64,000 bases of DNA from Gordius albopunctatus (Eukaryota), in NCBI GenBank assembly GCA_964276515.1, contig OZ193910.1:3782001-3846000 (forward strand). Reading direction: 5' to 3'. The stretch's first letter is position 1. Each line of letters opens with the position of its first letter. Shown piece after piece: positions 52,180-64,000 of this stretch. A program made the position numbers and the translations under genes. Under the pieces are notes generated by a model. It ran no database searches and was not told the origin of the DNA. It was given only the letters and a program-made list of their open reading frames with translations.

Positions 52180-55100
52180 TTTTATTTACATATTTTTGTT
52201 TTCTCTTAAAATTTATTATCCGATAAATTGAACACATACAATTTCAAATATATTCATAGAAACGGAACAATATTTTAAAAAGGCAAAGGTAGAAACAATG
52301 TTGTGTTAGCAAGATAGGTTAGTACCTACTTAATACCTATGTTGATGGGCATAGCCAGAATTGGAATTAGAGAGTGGCAAACATGGTTTAGGTAGGAAAA
52401 ATAATGATTTAGGGATAGACAAAATGAGCTTTTTTTGAAATTTTCGTCATAATTTTAATAAATTTTGGATTTAGAGGGGCCTTTGGCTACCCCCATGCCT
52501 ATGGATATTAATTTTTTGCAAGTTTAACTTCGACCTTAAAATCCATATAAAATTGGCATTCAAAAATCAGGCACAGAACATTTAAAATAACAAACCTGCA
52601 AAAAGATATTTTGATAGAGGTGCTTGTTTACGCCCGTCAAATTTAATTGCGTTTTAAAAATCAATAAAAACTATAGCCCTAACAAATTCGCTTGTCTGGA
52701 TCCTATTCTACATTTTAGCCTTAGCATATTGTATGTGGCATAAAATTTGAGGATTTACTTTCTGGTGACATATTTTGGACAGGGGTTGGGTTGAAACTAC
52801 CGTAGGCTTCGTCCTCAGAAAATCTGGAATAGATAGAATGCATCGTATTCCGGAGAAATGGGTTGGCTAGGAGCCTGTTAAATTAATTATCTCTTAACTA
52901 TATTGAGCACTTAAATATTTAATACCACTTAGAGTTGCATTTTACTCAATACAGGTTTAAAAATTAGTCAAAGGACGTTGGTATAATTTGAAGGTATATA
53001 CCTAACAACTTAATTGAGGTCATATAGGCACTAAATCTTTTTGCAAATATCAAAAAATAAGAATAAAAAGGTTCCACTTGAATTAAAATTGCTTTGACGT
53101 TTCTTAAATCACGCAGTCGAGATAGTAAATTTAAAATCGATCTTGGTATAGGACAATATCTTCAAAAAGTGTATTGCAATTTTAAACGTTGCCAAAAAAC
53201 TCGAGAATTAGCAAAATATTGGAAGTTGCGTGTTATTTTAACGTGTGTTGAATTGGTAGAGAGGAGTTTGATGTAATAATAATTAATCAAGTGTCGTTCT
53301 GGTGAAACAGTAGCAAATCACCGATAAAAAATCATAAATCAATGCCGAGTTATTAATTAATCAATTTAATCTTAATGAAAACAAATCCTTGTCACCACAA
53401 TCAACGACAATATTAAATAAATTTAAAAGGGATTTCTTAGCAGCAATATTTCAAAAAAAATTTGCCTAAGGGAGGCTTGAAAAGCTTAGTCATACGTAAG
53501 AATTTAGGCCAGTAAGAAATAATTTTAAAATCTTAATTTTATGTAATCCATCTTCTATAATATTAGAGGCAATCATCTAAAGAAATGGAAAACTTTACTA
53601 TTTTTACTATGAAAAGTAATGAAGGTAGAAATGGAAGACATATTGAAAATATTTTCACAAATTCTGCTAGGTAAACGAAAAAATCCTAAGTCTGTTTTCA
53701 ATAAAATAATCATTATACATTTATAAGGTAAGCTTCATAATTACCTAAAATCGAATTTCGAATTAACGTAAGGAATATCGTCCAACTAGATGACGAGAAG
53801 GATTACGAATTTAGTAAAACCATGCTTTTATTTTTCAGTACAATCTTTGAATATGGTGAAAAATACAGGATACATCATGACCCGTGAAATAATGAATGAA
53901 TCCAATTTATAACAAAATTTAAAGATCACGATCAAAAATGGAATCGGTTGGAAGGCAAAGGAAGAGGAATAGATAAGTGTGCCTGCTTGCAAAAATCCAC
54001 AAGAATCAGCCCCAGGCTTTTGCGCACAAAATTCAAGTTAGGTATTGAGTAGATGAAATGTAAAGGTAGAGAGAGGGTTGGGCTTGGGGTAAGTGAGGTG
54101 TGTGTAATAGTTTATTATAAATAATATATTTTCGAGGGCGCAAAAGGCACACCACGATAGGTGTAAATGGATTGTAGTTTAAATTATTATCTGCGACAGC
54201 GGTTATAATTTTAAGTTTATAAATAAGTTGCGAGAGTATTGAATTCCACTACTTCCCTTTAAAAGTAGAGAACTTCGCAAATTTTAACGGTATATAAAGA
54301 GAGTTGTCGATTAGCTCGAGCCTCAAGTGTAGGCGGTGTAGTAGAGATATGTTTATAGTTGATAGCAGAGGTTTAATGTTGAAACTAGGGTTAGTTAGCC
54401 TTAATATTTGTGTTTTGCAAGACTGGACCTTTATTATTATAAAGAGTGTTGCTTAATTATTATTAATATCACAGTCGATCTTTGTATTACAATGTCATTT
54501 CGCTTTAAACCGATGACGCTTGTTAATGAAACATGTGTATCTCGCGAAAAAGAGAGTCACGATTGAGTGAGAGAAAAATAGATTGAAGGGAGATATATAT
54601 TTTGTGATTTTGGATGATTCTTTTCGCTCGTTCGTCCTAAGAAAGAAAATAAGCAGTGCTTACGGGAGCCCCTGTAGTATCTAAAGGGGTGGGAAATAAA
54701 AATGTTATATCAGGGTGGTATCGATTATTTACTACCAATTGTCATAATGATTGTATAGCCATGGTTTCCCATATAACCCAACCTTAGCTAGTTGCTCCCC
54801 GATCGTATTTTTGGCAGAGAGGTCCATGATGAATATGATACGTTAAATCAATAGTGTACACAGCTTTACTTTTGACATTCTTTGCCATCTCTAAATTTCA
54901 AAGAAAATGGGATTGGCCAGTTGCGTTGAAGGCCAGATTATTCATTTGAGGCGCATTATACATCCTTTTGTGGAACAAGGAAGAGCGATTATCTTGAGAG
55001 ACATCTGACTCTGTAGGGTAGCCACGTCACAATGTCTAGCTGTAATGTAATAACTAAAATTGCATCAAAATTTAGAATTTTTACTTTAGGGCCTCCTTTT

Positions 55101-55964
55101 AACTTAAGAAACACACTATTTAGTTTTTTTACAATATAATTAATTCACAATTTATTTTAAAAAATTACTCAAAACTTTAAAAACCCCTTATTTTTTCGCC
55201 CAATCACATTCCATGAAGTTTGCTATAAAACAAAAGAAACGATATTACTTAAAAGGGTCTTGGATGTTAAATCAGCAAAATATGCGATAAGATATCAAAG
55301 ATTCAACGATAGATCTCTCTTTCAATCGAAACTAGAGTCGGTTAATGTAAGTATAAAGCGACTAATTTAACCAAATCCCACAGTAAAAGTCATCCACGTA
55401 TCGTATAGCATGCGAGAGCGTGAAAATTTCAAAAAGTATGATCGCTTATCGATTTTTTCATTACATAAATAATTTCATCTTTCCAATCAAAGCATACCTT
55501 TAAACTATCATATCGTATAATAAGAGTCTGCCAGTGCCAACGAGGGCTTAGGGCACTCAACTTTCTTCGTGGTTTAATTTTTAAGCCACATTATTAGAGC
55601 TGCGAACCCCGGATTGCTTATTAATTCAGGCGGCGTTTTTGGGATGAAATTTGTATAATTGTATAGCAAACCAACCTTAAACACTTTCCCCCTGCTTATT
55701 ATTTATAAATGCTAGCTTGGAAGAAGGGTTTAAGTGTTGATAATATATATTTTAGTGCTTCGGTGTAAAAATAATTAGGCTTCTACGAAAAGGTTCTGTT
55801 AAAATTATGAAGGGAACAATTTATTAAGTGCATTAAGCAAAAGCGTTAAGGAACTAGATTTCCAAAATTAGCGAAATCTCAGCCATGATTATAGGATAAA
55901 TTTATTTAACCCAAATTAAAATATGATAGTAAATGGTAAGAAACAATTTATTTAAACTTTAAAG

Positions 55965-56796
55965 TGATTGGGTGGCACCGACCCGGCCCGAAAGCATTTA
56001 AATTTTTTAACCGAATTACTCCCGCGAGAGTAAAAAAATTGCTGTATGGATGGGCCTTAGCCAGGGGGTGTTAAGGGTTGCCCCCCCCCCTAAATCCAAA
56101 AAATAGTAGATATTTAATCAAATTATGGCTAAAATTAAAAAATGGTTGTTTTGCTCCTCCCATTATTGCCCCCCCTCTAATTTCCATCCTGGCAACGACC
56201 AGTTTAAAATTTAATCGACAAATTAAAGAGCGATTTATAAAACTAATTGATACCACAGATTTTGATGACTAAATTTATTTGAATGATTTATTATAGAGAT
56301 ATATAAATATGATAGCATCTACAATATCGGGTCACATTCAATTTGAAATACGTAGATTTGCATTGCAAATGAATCATTTAATAAATTTAAACTTATTTGT
56401 TTTATGAATATATATTTATGTAGTTTAAATTAATAACAAACTACCTTCACAATATTCAAATACAATTTAATAATATTATTTTGTATATATTTGACCTTTC
56501 ACGAGTCAAATTTATAATTTGCCTCAAGTTTAAAACAATCAGATTTAAAATAACAAAACGAATTCATTTAATTGAATGAATTCTCTTCAATTATACATTT
56601 CGATATTAATTAAAGAATATTATACTTAATAACATTAATATAAAGTACCGTGTATTTTGCAATATAAGATTCATAACCTTTGACCCGACACTTCAAATCC
56701 CACCCGACCCGACCCGAAAGTATATTATAATTTACAAACCGAACCGATCCGATATCGAGTACGGGTCGGGCCGGGTTTCGACCGTGCAGTTCTCTA
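55965..56796. mobile_element. Non-autonomous hAT-like element with ACCCG subterminal repeats
   Basis: Right end GTGCAGTTCTCTA, flanks CTTTAAAG / CTTTAAAT, CCGACCCG arrays at both ends. Related sequence at ~690-844, ~7990-9060, ~21500-21655 and ~61787-62530. The left TIR is degraded. Confidence 0.55.
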
Positions 56797-58089
56797 CTTT
56801 AAATACTCTTTTTAATCACAACAGTTAGTCTAAATATAACATTTTTACTTTGTATGACTATGGTTTGCTATTCCCCAATGCATTACCGGTACATATTAAT
56901 GCGGCTTTAAAAATCAATTGGTTTATTTATATCAAAAAAAACATCATGTATTACCTTGAAATAAATTATATTTTTTTATTAGTCTTCTTTGATCAAAGCC
57001 ACCAATAAATTGCTTGATACTAAAAACAAGTTAAATCATATTCAAGTGGTAATTATCATAAATTTTCCCAAATAGACAAAACATAAAAACTTAAATACTC
57101 CTTTTTAAATGCTATGTGGTCATTTTAGTATATCTATAAAAAAATTCCTATTGAACAAAACGTGCTATCGCACAAAATCATTGTCAGGCTCAGCTTGGAA
57201 ATTTCAAAATGAATGACTGCCTCCTAAAGATTTATATCAGGCAGTTTTTAATTTACATGCACGACAGTTTTGTTAATGATATAAAAGTCATTTGTTGAGG
57301 AATCTTTTGTCCTTAATTTTAAACTCTTCACGTTATTTTGCATAAAACAAAGGTGATTGGTGCTTAAATTATTTTTTATAATTATATCTTTTTAATTTTA
57401 CTAAAATAAAGTTATTTTAAACTGGGGGGATATTTATTAGATAAATTTAACGTATTTTTTTGATGTCATCCTATTTTTTTGAGACGGATCCATTTAAGGT
57501 AAATTCTCAAATACCATCTATTGTTATCTTTCAAAATGATTTTTATAGGCGAGATAATTAATATCATTTTTTCATAGTTCTTATTACTAAAAGTTTGCAA
57601 TAGTGTACCATTTTTACTTGCTTCATTTCAATAACATCAAAATCTAGCGTTACCCTTTAATCTATTTTTTATAAAGACTCTCTACACTTTTATTTTTACA
57701 TTCACCCTTATTTAATATAAATTTAATATAATTTTATATCACCTTAAACTTGGTCTGAAATATTATATTAAATATTAACTAATAAATAATTGATCAAGGT
57801 AACATAGGTTTTGGTTAATATAAAATTAATTGTTAACTTAAACAAATAATAGATTTAGGGTATCAAAGCAAAACCTTATATTCATATACAAAGCAGGATA
57901 TGAATTAAAATAACGATCTATTAAGTACAGATTTATACAGTTCGTACTTATCCCACTCATTAAACATTTGCTTCAGATTAAATAATCTTTAATTAATATT
58001 TGAAATTATTTTTGTCTTTCTGAAAATTTATAATAGGCCAAGTATTTAAATTTGGCATTTAACTGGTGTAAGCCACCTTGATTAAGTGA

Positions 58090-61000
58090 TCTTATATGCA
58101 ACTATTTTTTTTCTTATAACTGCTTGTCACCCCAGGTTTCCGCTCCATACAACACCGTGGGTACAATAACGGTGTTATATAAGCGTCCTTTCAATTTGAG
58201 TGGTATGTGCTTGTCACATAGGACACCACTAAACTCCCTGAATTTTAGCCAGCCTGCGTTTATTCTTGCCTTAATTTCGTTTTCCACACCTCCATCACAT
58301 TATACTCTAGAACCAAGATATTTGAATTCTTTCTTGCTGCTTAAACACCAGTCATCGATTTGCAAGTGTGTTTCTTTGTATTTATTCCCCGACTCCAAGC
58401 ATACATATTCCGTTTTATCTCAGTTGACCCTAAGGCCTTTGCTTTCAATTCGTTCCATCCACGCTTTTACCTGCTCTGATAATTACACGTTTGAGCCTGC
58501 GCACAGGACGATATCATCCACAAAGAGCATTGCCCAAGGTGATTCGCGTTTCAGGTCCTTCGTTATCGAATCCATTATTGTTATGAAGAGCAATGGACTT
58601 AGAGCCGATCCTTGATGTACACCTACATTTATACTGAATCCCTTTGATGTACCACTGGATGTCCGAACTTAGGTTTTTGGGTTTCTATAAATATTCTTTA
58701 TTAACATTATATAAGCGTCGGGTACACCATTGGCACTCAGGCTATCCCATATCAACTGCCTTGGCACTTTATCGAAAGCTTTCCCAAGATCGATGAAACA
58801 CATGTGAAGATCCTTTTGTTTTTCCTTATATAATTCCATAAGTCTCCTAAGATCATGTATTGCATCTGAAGTCGACTTTCCAGGCATGAACCCAAATTGT
58901 CGTTCATATATTGATATTATTTTTCGGAGTCTAGCTTCTATAACTTTTTCCCACACCTTCATTACGTGACTCGTTAACTTTATACCTCGATAGTTGTTGC
59001 ATTCTTGTACATCTCCCTTCAATTTATAGATAGGTATAACCAGAGTTGTTAAACGCACCTCAAAAACCGGTACGCGCACTCGCACGTTGAGGACAATCCG
59101 GTGCGGGCACTCGCACCAGTTTTAACAAAGGTGCGGGCACTCGCACCAGTTTTAACAAAGGTGCGCGCACTCGCACCAGTATTAAAGGTGCGCGCACTCG
59201 CACCCGCACATAAAATTTTATTGCACTATAACAAAACAAAATAAAGAGCAATGTTCAATGCATCTTTATTTTTTATAATGCAAAAAACTAATGAATTTAT
59301 TATAATTATAAAAATAATCGATATATAATAAAATAATCAACATAGCATTTTATTCACATTCATGAGTAAAAGCATTTCGAGGTGATTATCCTTCAAGTTA
59401 CCCCTTCTTTCACTTAATATTGCCTTGGCTTTGCTGAACATACGTTCTATAGGAGCACTTAAGGTATAGGAGTATTGTATTTGATGAACAAATTCTTGAG
59501 TGAAGGAAATTGTTGGAATTTATCGAAAGTTGTATCAGTGGATTTGAGAAAATCCTGAAAAGTTGTTTTATGTTCTTTATTATTTATTTCGAAAAAATCA
59601 ACAAAGTCTTTTCGTTCATAGACTTCTTTTTCCTCCACGCATGGCGTGATTTGACTTTCAATTAATCGAATAATTCTTTTTAATATAGGTTTGTTTTCAT
59701 CTTGATAGCAACAAAGACTTTTTATAAATCATTACCTTCTACCAGTGCTCCAGCAGTCAGCTGTTGTACAAATAAACTTAGCACTATGCATTTCTTCTTT
59801 GATTTTAGCAATTAACTTATTGAACCTGCACTGCAAGTGATTCTAGATGTCAGTGTCTGTCGACACATGACATCAAGAGGAGATTTTGAGAAAGCACTTA
59901 GAAGCTTTCTAGATGATGGATTATCCACAATTGAAAGAGGCTGAATTGTGTTGATGACATAATTCACCAAGGCTTCTTTCCGACTTACCTCTTTAGTAAA
60001 GTTTACAATATTCTGGTTAGATTTATCTAAGAATTTCTTTTTCTTATTGTCATATTTTATATTTTCTAAAGAGGTCCTATGAAATCTCTATAAATTTTTT
60101 ATAAAATAAGTAACAAGATTACCTTTAGATGCCTAGTCAAATTGAAACAAGATCTAGAAGAAGTCTTGAGTTTGGCATTGCATAAAAGACATTGCACCTC
60201 AAAATTAAGTGTATTATGCTGATTATCTTTAAGTTTAAAAAAAACAGGAATATTTCGGAAATGGCAAAATTGTCATGCATGATGTGCTTGCTATATTTAT
60301 GCTTGATTCTTCTATTTCCATAACTCACTATCATATTAAAGTGTTATATATAAGCAGTGAGAAACGAAAAGAGTAAAAAATTGGATAAGGAGTACTATGA
60401 TAACCAATACAATAAATAATATAAATTGTTAATTAAAATTAATTAACTAATTTAATATATTTTAATGAAAATTAATTGTAATTAGATTATTATATGTGAT
60501 TAAACTTACGATACCAAAGATAGGTTCAAAAGTGTAAAGATTAATCGTTGATTGATAAAGTAATCGCGGTTAGATTATTTTTATTGGCTATCGATAGTAA
60601 CCAATTTCCCGCCTTGTTATATTCTCCACCAGGAACATAGATGTATGTTATATATATAGTAAATCAGTAGAAATTTAATTTGTGAAATATGCGATATAAT
60701 GCAATTTCGAATAAATTAATAAATTGTAAAACTCTTAATGTGCGCAAAACAGGAGCGCAATTGCGCACCCGCACCGACCCCATCAGGTGCGCGCACCCGC
60801 ACTCGCTCTTCGTTATAAAAAAAGTTCGCGCACCAGCACGTCGCACCGCAAATCCGGTGCGCGCACCCGGTGCGCGCTCTTGATGTGCGCGCTCCTTAAC
60901 AACTCTGGGTATAACATAGCTTTCCCTCCACTCATCCGGCATCATACCACTTGCAAGTATTTTGTTAAACAGCTTTGAAAGTAGATGTACACCTAAGGGT

Positions 61001-61790
61001 CCTAGCATTTTCAAAGCTTCCATAGGTATATTATCAGGTCCCACCGCTCCACCCATGGTCATCTTTTTAAGCACCTGATCAACCTATTCCTCTGTCACTT
61101 CTAATTATGGGTCATATTCATAGTTCTTGCTTTCGCAGTGGTCCGAAAACACATTTTCACTGTTTAATAATTCTTTATATTCTTCCCAACGATCTATGAT
61201 TTGATGGTCCAGAGTTAGAGAGATGCCATCTTTGCTCTTTATTTTTTTTCACGTTTACCAGATCCTTTAAGTTCCTTGCCCTGGTATTTGCGATTTTGTA
61301 GATCATTCTTTCCCCTTCTTTACTGGTTAACTTGACATTCAAATTCTCGTAGACCTCTGTTTTAGACTTGGCTACACAACGTTTTGCCTCATTTTTAGCT
61401 TTCCCATATGCCAATCGTGTTTCCTCATTTCTGTTGCCTGACCATAATTTGTAAAGCTTTATTTTCAACTTGACCAGGCGTTGCACGTCTTCGTTCCACC
61501 ACTATGTCTCCTTATCTTTTTGTATACCTGGTTTACCTTCTCCTAGAACACATCTCGCTACTGATCGTACCGTGTTGGCTATGTTATTCCACATATCGTT
61601 AGCATTCTGCTGATCATCTATTTGCAGCCGTTCAACTATTTGATCATTATAAATATCTTTCAATTTTGGTAGTCGGAACCATTTGATTTTCCCATTTAAT
61701 CTCTTCGGCTTTTGTGTTTTCGCCTTGGAGATGGTATAGTCCACCACAACAAGTCTATGCTGGGCTGCAATAGCCTCACCTGGTATTAGA
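58090..61790 (-). mobile_element. Decayed RTE-clade LINE (APE endonuclease end + RT), interrupted by a hAT element
   Basis: PGEAIAAQHRLVV, KAKNEAKRCVAKSK, GPDNIPMEA...MPDEWRESY|VIPIYKLKGDVQECNNYRGIKLTSH, QFGFMPGKSTSDAI, FIDLGKAFDKVPR, GVHQGSALSPLLF, MLFVDD, FKYLGS. Contains stops and frameshifts. Confidence 0.92.
59041..60907 (-). mobile_element. Internally deleted hAT DNA transposon, 1867 bp
   Basis: Perfect 12-bp TIRs CAGAGTTGTTAA / TTAACAACTCTG and perfect 8-bp TSD GGTATAAC (59033-59040 / 60908-60915). GGTGCG-rich subterminal repeats, and a hATC dimerisation remnant SAPIERMFSKAKAILSERRGNL at ~59460-59345. Confidence 0.95.
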
Positions 61791-62809
61791 GCCCTGCAAA
61801 GTCGCTTTTTCAAACCCGACCCGACCTGAAAGCTTTTAAATTTTTCAACCCGACCCGAAAGCGTTTCAAAATTTTCCAACCTAAACTCCACCCGACCCGA
61901 AAGCGTTTTAAATTTTTAAAAGTGATTGGTGTAAAATTGATATTAATGGTTTTAAATGGCAACAAAATTTTATCTCCAAAAAAACAACGACAACAGATTT
62001 AACAAAATTTTAAAACATGTTTGCCAGAAGTGAAAGCATTCGAAAAGAGGTAGATTCTAATAACGTTCAACTTGACTATTTCCCCCTCCTCTCATAGGCA
62101 TTATCGCCCCTTCCCACCTATCTCACCCATAAATTGCATAGCAAATGTGCTACATTTATACGGAGTATGATGACTTTTGTAAAAACAATACCCCAAAATA
62201 GGCGAATGTACCAAAACGAAAAAATGAACCTCAAGTCGGACATGGGCAAAGCCCCTGGTTCATTAAATTACTTTTTAGGGAAAAGGGATGACATGTTTTT
62301 ACTAAATTAGCCTATACATTTAAATTCTATTTTATTTCATTTCAGTTCCACCAACGTCAATAGAATGTAACACCATCTAAATTTGGCTGGACAAACTCAC
62401 GACAATGCTAATATGTTTATTAATATTTTATTTAAGAGGAAATTTTTATTTTTATCACATATAGAACCCAGCAAAATCGACTTTCTTCTGCCCGAGTCCG
62501 ACCCGACCTATCAATTTTTAATTTGCCCGATTCGAGCCTGAGATCCTTTCTAATTTTTGGCCCAGGGCCATTTTATATAAAAACCGTTGGAAAAATTTTA
62601 TATTTAAAACTAATTTTTAAATATAAATATAAGATAATTTTTGATTGTTATTATTTGTAAAACAAGGATAAGTTTGGAATAAAAATTTTATTCGCTAAAA
62701 TTTTTAAACTTATAAAATGTTAACCTAACAATCTCAACTTATAAAAGTGCATTTTTTAAATAATTTAAAATAAATAAGTTTTTTTAACACTTAAATGTAA
62801 TTTATAATT

Positions 62810-63459
62810 ACCAAATAATTAAGTATGTTGCATGCAAAAATATATAAAATTAATGAGCTGGCATCGATCCATGGATTGAGATTGTATTAGATTTTACAAT
62901 TCCCATGGTGATTTTCTGCTTGATGTAAAAGAATTCTTTGGGATCCTGTGTAATGGAGGCTACATATTTTGATATTTTTTTTTAGGAATTGGCTGCCCTC
63001 GGGACCTAAATTACCGAGGGTCGTGGCCACTACTGGTACAAAGATAATATTGCTGAGATATTTGTATTTTTCCACTTTATTTCTCTCAGTAGAAGAGATG
63101 AGGTCGGGAGAGGCGTTAGATTTGGCAAATATGTCCACTCCAGTGAAGTCCCAACAAGCGTTTAGGCCACGAGCCCACGGGATAATTGTTACACCGTCGG
63201 GTCTTTTACTGTTAATTAAGCTTAGGCCAGTGGGTTCCATTGAGTTGGGAAAGCCGGCTTTCTTCAAAAATGTTCCGATTATTTTATTTATTGAGGCATG
63301 ACGGGGATGCCGCTCCTTGCTGTATTGGCAGTGTAGAGAATGGTGGCCGTTTGCTAGAACTGGTTGGCGACAGAGGTCGCAATTGAATGGGGAGACAATG
63401 TCGCAGCCGAGACCTGGGCCTACAGCTACTCGAAGTTCCTCGCCCGACAAGTGTAACAC
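62810..63459 (-). mobile_element. 3' fragment of a CRE-like non-LTR retrotransposon
   Basis: High similarity to 11455-12070 (CDLC...HSLHC, RHASINKII, KRPDG, WDFT, shared 3' UTR). It retains the ~NKIIGTFLKK segment deleted in the first copy. Confidence 0.88.
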
Positions 63460-64000
63460 TAGTATACACAGGGGGGAGAAGCTGGAGTTTAAAAGTTATA
63501 TTGTATACGATGCGCCAAAATACTTTATATCGAGTTGGGTTTATATAATTTTTATTTTATAAATGGGTTTCCTTGGGTTTAAATAAAGGCGAGCTCGGGG
63601 TTCGGGCCGGGCTGCCTCATCAGACCCGACCCATACCTATTTATCATTTTTTGCCTTAGCCCAGCCTGGGCTTGGCCCGACCCCGAAATTATTTTTTATT
63701 TTTGGCCCGACCCGAGCCTGAGCTTAGCCCGATTTTATTAATAAAAGATTTTTAGGCAAATTAAACCTTTAAAACTTAATTTTTATAAACAAAAAAATAT
63801 ATTGTTATTATTCTTAATCTACGACTAGAATAAATTTGGAATTATAAATCCATTTTCACATGCTACAATTTATTCAGCAAATGAATCAAACCTAAAATTC
63901 TAACTTTATAAAATGAATTTTATTTAATGGATTGGAATATAAAGCTTTTTGAAATATTTACAGATTTTATTTTTGAAGGTTTAATAGCTTCGATTGAGAT

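Overview
This is AT-rich eukaryotic (animal, probably protostome) genomic DNA with five spliced protein-coding genes, reconstructed by hand from GT-AG boundaries. They are SmE/SNRPE (+, 4095-4524), WDR61/SKI8 (-, 6152-13001), presenilin (+, 23253-26076), an estrogen-receptor-type nuclear receptor (NR3A; -, 26460-~32467) and an estrogen-related receptor (NR3B/ERR; -, 41201-52179). The main observation is the same-strand ERR-ER tandem next to presenilin. The ER keeps a near-canonical DNA-binding domain and five vertebrate-ESR1 intron positions, but its ligand pocket is heavily remodelled (R394->S, H524->Y, L525->F, L536->Y, A350->L, ERalpha numbering by manual alignment). Introns are bimodal: 36-40 nt micro-introns versus kb-scale introns full of transposons. 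Mobile elements include a triple-nested LTR block (13404-21375) containing a very young ~1.1 kb non-autonomous TRIM-like element, an RTE LINE split by a hAT element with perfect TSDs, CRE-like non-LTR fragments, several MITE families, Helitron/Helentron-like elements and a MULE remnant. One MITE copy appears to supply the splice-acceptor pyrimidine tract of the ERR DNA-binding exon. All exon models and family calls come from manual reading and remembered reference sequences, not database searches.
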